Source: an uncultured Deinococcales bacterium (GTDB taxonomy: Bacteria; Deinococcota; Deinococci; Deinococcales; JAAFIG01). Taken from it: a stretch of 18,964 bases of DNA. A program made the translations under genes and the position numbers. The DNA lies in assembly GCA_964244895.1 (NCBI GenBank), contig CAXTKV010000095.1:1-18964 (forward strand). The letters are read 5' to 3'. How positions within the stretch are numbered: position 1 is the stretch's first letter; each line of letters begins with the position of its first letter. Below the pieces are notes generated by a model. The model saw only the letters and a program-made list of their open reading frames with translations. It did not search any database and was not told the origin of the DNA. Positions 7,433 through 15,612 of this stretch are shown here, piece by piece.

Positions 7433-9385
7433 TCAACGGTAGCAGCGCACGCGACCGTCCAGCATCGGCACGATCAGCGCGCCATCCACCACCAGCGGCG
7501 TGGCCTGCAAGCCGCTCTGGAGGGCATCGCGCCAGATCACGCGACCGGTCAAAAGGCGCACCGCGACCAGTTCGCCGTCCTCGCTGGCGGCGTAGACCAC
7601 GCCCCGAGAGATCACCGGAGAGGCCGTGATCCGACCATCGAGTTTGAGCACCCAACGGTCATCGCCAGTCTCCAAGTCGACTGCGCGCAGTTCGTTCGCC
7701 CAGGACGCCATCACCAGCGTGCGCCCAGAAAGTGCGGGCGAGGCCCAGACTTCACCCTCGAGGTCATACGTCCACAGCGGTTCGTCGTCCGGCTGAAGCG
7801 CGCCACTTTCCAACGCCCGCAAGCGCAGCGCGTGAACCTCGCCGGGCCAGGTCGGGACGATCAGCACGGCGTCCGCGGGGTTCGAAGGGTGGCGCGTCAC
7901 CAGCGGCGTGGCGTGCACACCGCCCAGTTTGACCTTCCATTCCAGCACCCCGTGGGTCGCATCCAGGGCGTGAACCCAGCCGTCCTCGTCGGCCACGAAC
8001 GCCCGCCCAGCCCACATCGCCGGAGAGCCCGCGATGGCGGCTCCAGCGCGGTACGCCCAGGCGAGTTGTCCGTCCCGGACGGCGTGCAGGTGACCGTCGC
8101 GGCTGGCGATCAGCCACAGATCGTTCCAGCGGGTCGGCGCGGCGTTGATCGCGTCGCGGGTGCGGTGCGTCCAGCGCGTCACGCCCGTGCGCCAGTCCAC
8201 CGCGCGCACCATGCCGTCCCAGGACGCGTAGACCAGCGTGTCCCCATCGAAGGTCGCGGGAGCCGTGACCTCGTCGCGCGCCGGGAAGTCCGCGTAGCGC
8301 ACGCCGGACGCGCGCTCGAGCAGGCTCAGCACGCCGGATCGGGTACCGATGGCGAGGTGATCGCCGCTGGCGGTGACGGCGGCGGGCCAGGCGATCTCGC
8401 CGGAGAGCGTCACCTCCCACTCGAGCCTCAATCGATCCGGTCGGGCCGGGCCGCCGGGGTAAACGCCCGCCCGCGCGCGTCCGCCCCGGTGCTGGGCGCA
8501 GGCGTGCTCGCGGCGGTACTGCTCGAGCGCGACCTCGAAGACATCTTTGGGTTCGTCGGGGCGGTCATTGGCGTCCTTCTCGAGAAACCCGAGGATCGCC
8601 TCGCTGATCGCGGTCGGGATGGCGGGATTGACGGTTTCCGGCGCGATCGGCGTCTCATAGACGTGCTGGTACAGGATCGCCTGATCGTTGTCCGCCTCGA
8701 AGGGTGCTCGCCCGACGGCGGTACGGTAGAGCACCGCACCGAAGGCGTAGAGGTCGGACTTTGGGCCGACCGCGCCGCCCGTGGCCTGCTCCGGAGCCAT
8801 GTACTGCGGCGTGCCGAGCGTGTACCCCGTGCGCGTCAGATCGGTGGTCGCGTCGCTGACGTAGACCAGCCCGAAATCCATGATCCGGGGCCGACCATCG
8901 CGGCCCAACAAGACGTTGCGCGGCGTCAGGTCGCGGTGCACCAGCCCGCGCCCGTGGACGTGCCCCAAGCCTGCGGCGGCCTCTCGAGCCACCTCGAGAA
9001 AATGCTCGACTTCCTCGGGCGTGTCCTCCAAGGGACCCATCGTGAAGATCGGGCCGCCCTCCAGCAGTTCCATCGTGAAATACAACTGCCCGTCGTGTTC
9101 GCCCAGGTCAAAAATAGCCACCACGCCCGGATGCGAGAGCTGCGCCAGCGTGCGAATCTCGCGCCCGAAACGCTGTCGGTCCACGGGCCGGACGTGCTCG
9201 TGCAGCAATTTCAGCGCGACATCGCGCTTCAGGTGCGTGTCGAAGGCGCGCCACACGACCGCCATGCCGCCCTCGCCGACGGGTTCGCGCAGCACGTAAC
9301 GCCCACCGAAGAGCTTGCCGACGATCGGAACCTCGTTGCGAGAGCTTCCTTCTGCGGCATCGAGGATGTTCTGGCGGTCATCCAT
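7433..9385 (-). CDS. rqkA: Hanks-type Ser/Thr kinase with a C-terminal PQQ-type beta-propeller (RqkA-like)
   Basis: GEGGMAVV, VALK, HRDLTPRN, DFG and YMAPE motifs. The C-terminal half has repeated W..SP..DG..A.D..TG..W blades. The architecture and motifs (GPLED, RGGRAR, WPAAV, DEVTAPAT) match Deinococcus radiodurans RqkA as I recall it; orthology was not tested. Confidence 0.85.
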   Translation of the reverse strand: MDDRQNILDAAEGSSRNEVPIVGKLFGGRYVLREPVGEGGMAVVWRAFDTHLKRDVALKLLHEHVRPVDRQRFGREIRTLAQLSHPGVVAIFDLGEHDGQLYFTMELLEGGPIFTMGPLEDTPEEVEHFLEVAREAAAGLGHVHGRGLVHRDLTPRNVLLGRDGRPRIMDFGLVYVSDATTDLTRTGYTLGTPQYMAPEQATGGAVGPKSDLYAFGAVLYRTAVGRAPFEADNDQAILYQHVYETPIAPETVNPAIPTAISEAILGFLEKDANDRPDEPKDVFEVALEQYRREHACAQHRGGRARAGVYPGGPARPDRLRLEWEVTLSGEIAWPAAVTASGDHLAIGTRSGVLSLLERASGVRYADFPARDEVTAPATFDGDTLVYASWDGMVRAVDWRTGVTRWTHRTRDAINAAPTRWNDLWLIASRDGHLHAVRDGQLAWAYRAGAAIAGSPAMWAGRAFVADEDGWVHALDATHGVLEWKVKLGGVHATPLVTRHPSNPADAVLIVPTWPGEVHALRLRALESGALQPDDEPLWTYDLEGEVWASPALSGRTLVMASWANELRAVDLETGDDRWVLKLDGRITASPVISRGVVYAASEDGELVAVRLLTGRVIWRDALQSGLQATPLVVDGALIVPMLDGRVRCYR

Positions 9386-9448
9386 TCGCCTTTAGTTTAG
9401 TCCGTCGCGACGTGTACGACGCGGGTTCTCTCGAGTTTCGATGTTTTT

Positions 9449-9494
9449 GCGTCGGGAACGGTGTTGTTCATCGAGACAAAGACCGTCTAGGACG
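9449..9494. repeat. Degenerate or truncated REP-like copy 5
   Basis: GCGTCGGGAACGGTGTT (9449-9465) and AAAGACCGTCTAGGACG (9478-9494). The second palindrome stops before completing its right arm. Confidence 0.6.
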
Positions 9495-9693
9495 CCACAT
9501 ACCATCCGTCAGACTGGATGATCAACGAAATACCGGGTCGAGCGCGCCGAATATTCGATCCCAGGCCGGTGCGTGAAATCCAAAACCGTGATGCTCGTGG
9601 TGGTGCCCGCCACTGTGTTCCGCCCACGTACTGTCGGCTGTCACGCACATCACCCGCGCGAGATGCCTCGGCCAAGTTCGTCTTGGTCGTCCG

Positions 9694-10686
9694 TCAAGTC
9701 CGCTCACCACCCACGCGCAACACGAGCTTGCCGGTGGTCGAGCGACTCTCGAGGCGGCGATGGGCTTCCGCCGCCTCGAGCAATGGCAACACGCCCGTAA
9801 CGTCCACCCTGACCTCGCCGCTGGACACGTGCGCCAGGGCGTCCCGCATGGCCCGTCCGACCCGTTCAGGATCGGTCGCGCTCACCTGTTGCAGGTTGAA
9901 GCCCAGCACCGCTTTGCTGGTGAACCACAGCTCCAAAGGCGAAATGGGCACATCGGACGCGTTGCTGGCGTTGCCCATCACGATCAGGCGGCCCATCGGA
10001 CGCAGCAAGTTCAGACTGCCCTGCCGGGCCGAACCGCCCACCTGATCCACCGCGACATCCAAACCCCGCCCACCCGTGAGATCCCGAACGGAGGTCTCGA
10101 AGCCGTCCGCGAGCACCACGTCGTCGTACCCGAGCGACTTGGCGTAATCGATTTTGGCGGCGCTCCCGACCGTTCCAATAACGCGTCCGGCTCCCAGGGC
10201 GCGCGCCATCTGGCCGACGACGCTACCTACCCCACCGGCGGCGGCGTGAACCAACACCGTCTCGCCCGAGCGCAAGTGCGCGAGTTCACGCCACACCAAG
10301 TACGCCGTGGTGGTGTTGGACGGGAAGGCGGCGGCCACATCGAGCGGCAGTCCGTCGGGCACGGGTACAACGAGGGGCGAAGGCACCGTGACGGTCTGTG
10401 CGTAGCCACCCCCATTCACGATGCTGAGGGCGGCGACGCGCTGACCCACTTCCAAGCCCTCCACATCTAAACCGAGGGCGCGGACGTACCCTGAGACCTC
10501 GATGCCTGGTGTAAAGGGCAAGCTGAGATCCTGAACCACGCCCCGCCGGAACAAGACTTCGGCATAATTCACACCCGCATATGCAACATCGAGGCTGACT
10601 TCATTTGAACCCGGTTGAGGAACGGGTCTTTCCAAGACCTGAAGCACCTCCGGATCACCAAATCGCTGAATCGAGACAGTCTGCAT
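9694..10686 (-). CDS. NADPH:quinone oxidoreductase (zeta-crystallin/MDR family)
   Basis: Start revised to ATG 10686 (AAGGAG RBS). GVNYAE, PGIEVSG, VLVHAAAGGVG and TTGKLVL motifs; no Zn-binding Cys cluster. Confidence 0.92.
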   Translation of the reverse strand: MQTVSIQRFGDPEVLQVLERPVPQPGSNEVSLDVAYAGVNYAEVLFRRGVVQDLSLPFTPGIEVSGYVRALGLDVEGLEVGQRVAALSIVNGGGYAQTVTVPSPLVVPVPDGLPLDVAAAFPSNTTTAYLVWRELAHLRSGETVLVHAAAGGVGSVVGQMARALGAGRVIGTVGSAAKIDYAKSLGYDDVVLADGFETSVRDLTGGRGLDVAVDQVGGSARQGSLNLLRPMGRLIVMGNASNASDVPISPLELWFTSKAVLGFNLQQVSATDPERVGRAMRDALAHVSSGEVRVDVTGVLPLLEAAEAHRRLESRSTTGKLVLRVGGERT

Positions 10687-10857
10687 GCGCTCTCCTTTTT
10701 GGTGTGCCACGCTATCGGCGCAGCCGCCGTTCGCGTTCGTCTGGGACGCGCCCGCCGTGTTTTGAGGTTAGTGTAATTGGACGCCATCAACAAGTCCAAC
10801 ACCTTTATTCACAGTGAACAACACTAAAAACCTACTCGATCGTGGTACAAGAGCCCT

Positions 10858-11775
10858 ATGGAACACCCCCTGATGCGTTACTTCGTGACGGTGGCTGAGG
10901 AACTGCACTTCGGTCGGGCAGCAGAACGTCTGCACTTGGCTCAGCAACCGCTCAGCGCCGCCATCAAACGTCTTGAAGCGGGAATCGGGGTTCGATTGTT
11001 CGAGCGCACCTCGCGCCGGGTCAAATTGACCGAGGCTGGACGCGTGTATCTGGCAGAGGTTCGCCTGATCTTGCAACGCACGTCAGACGCAGCAGAAGCA
11101 GCTCTACGGGCCGAGCGCGGCGAGGTCGGCCAGCTCAGCGTGGGTTACGCTTCGGGCACATTACACAACGTCCTGCCTTCGACTGTTCGCCGCTTCCGAG
11201 AGCGCTATCCGGGCGTGACCCTGAGGCTGCACGAGTTGAGCTCGCCGGAGATTGAGGCGGCGTTGCTCAAGGGAGACGTGCAGCTCGGATTGTTGTGTCC
11301 ACCCGTCAGCGACCCGACCCTTCTTTCTGAGATTGTCTTGCGCGAACCACTGATTCTGGCTTTGCCGCGCGGACACGCCCTGGCTCAGAAGGGGCGCATT
11401 GCTCTGAAGGCAGCCTCGAACGAAGCATTCGTGTTGTATCAGAGATCCGTCAAGCCGAGCGTCCACGATGCCATCACGGGAATGTGTCGCAGGGCCGGGT
11501 TCTCGCCTCGAGTCTCTCAGGAGGTAGCGACCGAGGGCGCAGTGGTGGGCCTGGTCGCGGCGGGCATGGGCGTGGCGCTGGTTTCGTCGAGTCAACGCAA
11601 GGCGCCCAGCGCGGACATCGAGTATCGGTTCCTGGAAGGGGCACCGGTTGAGGTCGAGCTCGCCGCTGCCTGGGGGCGCGGAAATCGATCACCGCTGACG
11701 GCGGCTTTCCTCGGGCTGGTTCGTGAAGTCGGGGCAGAACTCACGGTCATCGAGCGGGAACTCTCGAAATCGTAA
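10858..11775 (+). CDS. LysR-family transcriptional regulator, divergent from the oxidoreductase
   Basis: N-terminal HTH RYFVTVAEELHFGRAAERLHLAQQPLSAAIKRLE...LFERTSRRVKLTEAG; 305 aa. Confidence 0.95.
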   Translation: MEHPLMRYFVTVAEELHFGRAAERLHLAQQPLSAAIKRLEAGIGVRLFERTSRRVKLTEAGRVYLAEVRLILQRTSDAAEAALRAERGEVGQLSVGYASGTLHNVLPSTVRRFRERYPGVTLRLHELSSPEIEAALLKGDVQLGLLCPPVSDPTLLSEIVLREPLILALPRGHALAQKGRIALKAASNEAFVLYQRSVKPSVHDAITGMCRRAGFSPRVSQEVATEGAVVGLVAAGMGVALVSSSQRKAPSADIEYRFLEGAPVEVELAAAWGRGNRSPLTAAFLGLVREVGAELTVIERELSKS

Positions 11776-11831
11776 CCGGGGAAAATGCGTTTCGGTCGGC
11801 CCGTTCAGTTAAACCCCGCACGCGCAGTGAA

Positions 11832-11890
11832 ATATACCGTGCGGGACGGCATTCTAGGGATTGAGAAATCCGCGTGCCAGACGGTGTTCT
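11832..11890. repeat. REP-like composite repeat, copy 6
   Basis: ATATACCGTGCGGGACGGCATTC, spacer, GCGTGCCAGACGGTGTTCT; same layout as copy 1. Confidence 0.72.
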
Positions 11891-11931
11891 TTCGTGAACC
11901 CTCGAGACCCAGGCTGCGCATCGGAAAACAC

Positions 11932-12552
11932 TTACAAGCCCAGCAATTGCCTGGCTCCGTCGGCCACGTACTGCACCGCCAGCGCCGCCAACAGCACGCC
12001 CAGCACCCGAGAAATCACGTTCACGCCGGTCACGCCAATCAGACTGACCATTCGGCTGGATAACCGGAGCGCGATGTAGCACAGCGCCAACACCAGAAAG
12101 GCCGTGGCGATTACCGCCACGCGCGCCTGCACGGATTTCGCCTGCCCCGAAAGGATCATCACGCTGGCGAGCGTGCCCGGCCCGGCGATCAACGGAATCG
12201 CGATCGGGAAAACGCTGATGTCCTCGCGGGATTTGGCCTCTCGTTCCTCCTCGTCGGATTCTCGAGCGCCGGATGGTCGGGCAAAAATCATGTCGAGCGC
12301 GATCAGGAACAAAAGCACACCGCCGGACACGCGAAAGGCCGCGATCGTGATCCCGAGCCGCTCGAGCAGCACCGCTCCGAACAGCGCGAACACCAGAATC
12401 ACGATGCCCGCCACGATGGTGGCCTTGCGCGCCATCCGTAAGCGCTCGAAGTCCGGTCTGGAACCCGCCAAACCCAGAAAGATCGGTGCCAGCCCGACCG
12501 GGTCCATCACGACCAGGAGCGTCAAAAAAGTTTGCAGCGCGAGATCAATCAT
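11932..12552 (-). CDS. MarC family integral membrane protein
   Basis: VMDPVG, FRVSGGVLLF, SVFPIAIPLIAGPG and SRVLGVLLAALAVQ motifs; about 6 TM helices. Confidence 0.93.
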   Translation of the reverse strand: MIDLALQTFLTLLVVMDPVGLAPIFLGLAGSRPDFERLRMARKATIVAGIVILVFALFGAVLLERLGITIAAFRVSGGVLLFLIALDMIFARPSGARESDEEEREAKSREDISVFPIAIPLIAGPGTLASVMILSGQAKSVQARVAVIATAFLVLALCYIALRLSSRMVSLIGVTGVNVISRVLGVLLAALAVQYVADGARQLLGL

Positions 12553-12653
12553 GGTCGTGAACGGTCTTCTCGAGCATCGTTAACCGCCTGAGCCGCGAAA
12601 ACTGATCTCGAGCGCATCGGATTCTCGAGCCGTGAACCTTTCGGGGCGGCGAT

Positions 12654-13112
12654 TCAGAGCAGCAACTCTGCGAGTTCGCCTTCCAGGGATTCCGCGACCT
12701 TGTTGGTGCGCGACACCAGCAGGATCGTGTCCTGCCCGGCCAGCGTCCCGACGATCTCGTCGCGCGCCAGGCGGTCGATCCAGTACGCGACCCCGGTGGC
12801 GTGACCGTCGGCGGTCTTGACGACCACGATGTTCTCGCCGCGATCGACATCGTGAACGAACTCGCGGAAGCGCAAGCGCAATTCGTCCAGCACGTCCGCT
12901 TCGGAGGTGGCGGGCGCGGCGGCGTACCGATGGCGGCCCTTGCCGACCGGCAATCGCACCAGCCGCAATTCGTTGATGTCGCGGCTGACGGTGGCTTGGG
13001 TCACGTTGATCCGGTCGCCGCGAAGGCGATCGACCAGGTCTGCCTGCGTCGAGATCGGTTCCTTCGAGACGATCTCGAGGATGCGTTTCTGACGGTGTTC
13101 TTTGCTCGCCAT
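12654..13112 (-). CDS. argR: Arginine repressor
   Basis: Start revised to ATG 13112. Winged-HTH motif [13 protein letters not shown] and C-terminal arginine-binding motif [11 protein letters not shown]. Confidence 0.95.
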   Translation of the reverse strand: MASKEHRQKRILEIVSKEPISTQADLVDRLRGDRINVTQATVSRDINELRLVRLPVGKGRHRYAAAPATSEADVLDELRLRFREFVHDVDRGENIVVVKTADGHATGVAYWIDRLARDEIVGTLAGQDTILLVSRTNKVAESLEGELAELLL

Positions 13113-13142
13113 GGGCTGTTTTACCTCTGCGGGAGTGTGAAT

Positions 13143-13169
13143 TGAGTCAGTATACAGCAAGATTATGCA
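13143..13169 (-). promoter_or_regulatory. argR promoter (-10 TATACT) overlapped by ARG-box-like sites
   Basis: TGAGT-CAGT-ATACA (13143-13156) and AGCAA-GATT-ATGCA (13156-13169) resemble TGnAT-N4-ATnCA, in an AT-rich patch. Confidence 0.6.
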
Positions 13170-13390
13170 GTCTCAGACGAAGCGGCTCGACGGGTTCAAC
13201 TCATCCTGAGGTCTGCGACTCGAGAAAGATCACACCGCCGCGCCCAGCCGCGAGCCCCAATCCTTTGCCTTTTTGTCGCGCTCGGGTTCAGCCTGACCGC
13301 TTCGTGTTCTCCCGAAAACCGCCAGCCTCGAGCAGCCGTTTCTCGTCCGAAATGGCATCCGTCACGATCGCGGGAAACGAGGATTCACAA

Positions 13391-13438
13391 GAGCACCGTC
13401 CAGCACGCGTTTATTTATTCGCGTGCTGGACGGTGTTC
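13391..13438. repeat. REP-like inverted doublet, copy 7
   Basis: GAGCACCGTCCAGCACGCG-TTTATTTATT-CGCGTGCTGGACGGTGTTC. It shares the upstream flank AGGATTCAC with copy 3. Confidence 0.9.
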
Positions 13439-13451
13439 CCCGGAATGCGGT

Positions 13452-13769
13452 TCAGTCGTTATCGAAATCCGGCATCTGATAGCTGGCGGCGCTGGCCGCC
13501 GCCGTCGCCTCGTGGTGCGCGGCCTTGGTGCGATCCAACAGGGTCTGAAGCTTCTGATCGTCTACCAATCCCTCGCCGATCTCGAGCTGGTCGGTCGCCA
13601 GTTCGCGCATGGCGAGCGTCACCAGGTTGCGCGTGCCGACGCGCTGCTCCGGCGGCAGGACGGAGTTGACGCCCGCTTTGAGCTGAATGGCGCGCTTGGC
13701 GACGGCCACGGAGAGGCGGTACTTGGAATCCGTCAGGGTGAGGAGCTTGTCGATATTCTTTTCGGCCAT
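13452..13769 (-). CDS. rpoZ: RNA polymerase omega subunit
   Basis: ATG 13769 with GGAGGT RBS. IDKLL..DSKYRLSVAVAKRAIQL and VTLAMREL motifs; lies downstream of gmk, the conserved order. Confidence 0.95.
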   Translation of the reverse strand: MAEKNIDKLLTLTDSKYRLSVAVAKRAIQLKAGVNSVLPPEQRVGTRNLVTLAMRELATDQLEIGEGLVDDQKLQTLLDRTKAAHHEATAAASAASYQMPDFDND

Positions 13770-13862
13770 GTGAACCTCCACGGGCAAAAACCTGCCCTCG
13801 AACACTCGAGTATCGCACGTCGCGGGCTGCACTTGGGTGATGCAGCACGATTCACCAACCGT

Positions 13863-14546
13863 TCAGTCCGTGCCGGACTTGCGAATCTCGTTTTCCAGAC
13901 GATCCAGCTCGGGTTCAATCTCGAGATCTTTGCTGGAATGCACCGCGAAATCCTGAACATCGATGCGGCTCGAGCGCAGGCGTTCCGCGCGGATGACCGC
14001 CAGCAGGTCGTCCACAGCGGTGTGCAGCGTATCGTTCACGATCACGTAATTGAACTCCGGGTAGTGCGTCATGTCTTCGACGGCGCGCGTCAGGCGTTTT
14101 TGAATCACCGGTAGCGTGTCCGTCGCGCGGCGCAGCAGTCGGCGGCGCAATTCCGTCAGGTTGGGCGGCACGACCAGGATGAAGACGGCTTCCTGGATCA
14201 GTTGGCGCACCTGCAACGCGCCCAGCAGTTCGATGTCGCAGATCACGTCCATGCCCTTTGCCAGCTGTTCTTCGATGGGGCGTCTGGGCGTTCCGTACAG
14301 GTTCCCGACGAATTCCGCGTGCTCCAAGAACCCGCCACCTTTGGGATCGTGGAGTTCGTGAAGGAATTCCTGGCGGGTTTTGAAATGGTATTCGCGCCCG
14401 TCGAGTTCGTGCGGACGCCGTTCGCGCGTCGTCCAGGACACGGAAAAATGCAATCGGTCGCGTTCTTGGCCCAGCACGGACAGTAGGATCGTGCCTTTGC
14501 CGACGCCGCTCGCGCCGCTCAGAACGAACAGAATGCCCCGTCTCAT
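13863..14546 (-). CDS. gmk: Guanylate kinase
   Basis: P-loop SGASGVGKGT; SVSWTTRERRPHELDGREYHF, FLEHAEFVGNLYGT and YVIVND motifs. Confidence 0.97.
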   Translation of the reverse strand: MRRGILFVLSGASGVGKGTILLSVLGQERDRLHFSVSWTTRERRPHELDGREYHFKTRQEFLHELHDPKGGGFLEHAEFVGNLYGTPRRPIEEQLAKGMDVICDIELLGALQVRQLIQEAVFILVVPPNLTELRRRLLRRATDTLPVIQKRLTRAVEDMTHYPEFNYVIVNDTLHTAVDDLLAVIRAERLRSSRIDVQDFAVHSSKDLEIEPELDRLENEIRKSGTD

Positions 14547-14580
14547 CGGTTGCGCCTCATCGGTTGCGTCTCATGGTTTG
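14539..14580. repeat. 14-bp tandem repeat, 3 copies, spanning the gmk start codon
   Basis: CGTCTCATCGGTTG / CGCCTCATCGGTTG / CGTCTCATGGTTTG. Confidence 0.85.
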
Positions 14581-14767
14581 CCCCTCGAGAACCCGTCGAA
14601 TGCCCGAGATTTCGGCTCGAGCGCCCGGTATCGTAACACGCGACCGGAACGGCGCGGCGCTCGGGTCAGCGCCCTGCGCAGCGCCGAGGGTCTGCGCGCG
14701 GATTCGAGGTGGCTCGAGATTGTGCAAAGAATGCAATCTCGATCGTCACCGCGTTCTGGGGCGGGCG

Positions 14768-14773
14768 TATACT
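14768..14773 (+). promoter_or_regulatory. -10 box TATACT of a probable leaderless transcript
   Basis: TATACT-6 nt-ATG (14780), with no SD sequence. Confidence 0.7.
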
Positions 14774-14779
14774 GCACCC

Positions 14780-15466
14780 ATGCCGGTGATCGCGACCAAT
14801 CAGCAGTTACTCCAGTACCTCAAGCCCGAAGAGCGCACGATGCTCGAGCGGATCTGCCCGCCGCGCAAATTCAAAAAAGGTCAGGCGATCTACCGCTACC
14901 AGGATCGAGCCGATGACCTCTACATCGTGCTGGACGGCAAGGTCAAGATCACCGTGCCGACCGCCGACGGTGGCGAACGCATTTTGTCGGTGCTGGGGCC
15001 CGGAGATTTCTTCGGGGAATCGTTTTTGTCCGGCTTGGAGCGCCACACCTCCGACGCGGTCGCGCTGACCGACCCGGTGGTCGCCAGCCCCGTGTGCCTG
15101 GACAAGGTGCTGGAGCTGTCTCAGAAAGCCCCGAACATTCCGCTGGCGCTGGCGCGCGTGCTGGCCAACCGCGTGCGCGAACTCGAGACGCAACTCGAGG
15201 CCACGACCGCGCCCGTCACGGCCCGCGTCGGCGGTGCGCTCCTGGCCTTCGCGGAGCGCTTCGGTGAATCCGAGTCCGGGCGCACCAACCTCAAGCTCGA
15301 CCTGACCCACGAGGAACTGGCCGCGTTCGTCGGCAGCACCCGCGTGACCGTCACCAACGCGCTCGGTGAGTTGCGCGACCTGGGCTTGGTCGAGGGCACG
15401 CGCGGCACCTACGAGATCGACATTCCCGCGCTGCGCAATTACGTGGACACCTCGAGCTTCGCCTGA
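14780..15466 (+). CDS. Crp/Fnr family transcriptional regulator
   Basis: Start revised from 14564. cNMP-binding fold LYIVLDGKVKI...LGPGDFFGE and C-terminal HTH LTHEELAAFVGSTRVTVTNAL. Confidence 0.92.
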   Translation: MPVIATNQQLLQYLKPEERTMLERICPPRKFKKGQAIYRYQDRADDLYIVLDGKVKITVPTADGGERILSVLGPGDFFGESFLSGLERHTSDAVALTDPVVASPVCLDKVLELSQKAPNIPLALARVLANRVRELETQLEATTAPVTARVGGALLAFAERFGESESGRTNLKLDLTHEELAAFVGSTRVTVTNALGELRDLGLVEGTRGTYEIDIPALRNYVDTSSFA

Positions 15467-15515
15467 GAATACCGTCCGGCAAACATTCCTAAAACACCGT
15501 CCTGGACGGTGTTTT
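15465..15515. repeat. REP-like composite repeat, copy 8
   Basis: GAGAATACCGTCCGGC starting at the Crp stop codon, then the perfect palindrome AAAACACCGTCC-T-GGACGGTGTTTT (15491-15515). Confidence 0.85.
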
Positions 15516-15612
15516 TACGTTCCAGTCCATAGCGAACGCCCTGCTCGAGCGGCGGGTTCTCGAACGAAACCGAGCCAGAGCGTGTGGCTCGAGAGGCCAG
15601 ATTCGATCGAGA

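Noticed and set aside
7226..9400. 724-aa plus-strand ORF and other long overlapping ORFs (e.g. 4327-5343, 6187-7197, 16484-17380, 18110-18814)
   Set aside because: These are antisense or alternative-frame shadows of well-supported genes, as expected in high-GC DNA, and show no recognisable motifs.
13091..13101. Repeat-arm-like GACGGTGTTCT inside argR (and ACCGTCCAGCA near the kinase 3' end)
   Set aside because: Short matches within normal protein-coding sequence, with no partner arm; likely chance.
13170..13390. Long rpoZ-argR intergenic stretch as a possible ncRNA or T-box
   Set aside because: Only weak imperfect hairpins, with no T-box or riboswitch consensus recognised. An Rfam/Infernal search would be needed to exclude it formally.
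14780..15466. Crp protein as Deinococcus DdrI
   Set aside because: It does not resemble the DdrI sequence as I recall it, so it is left as a generic Crp/Fnr.
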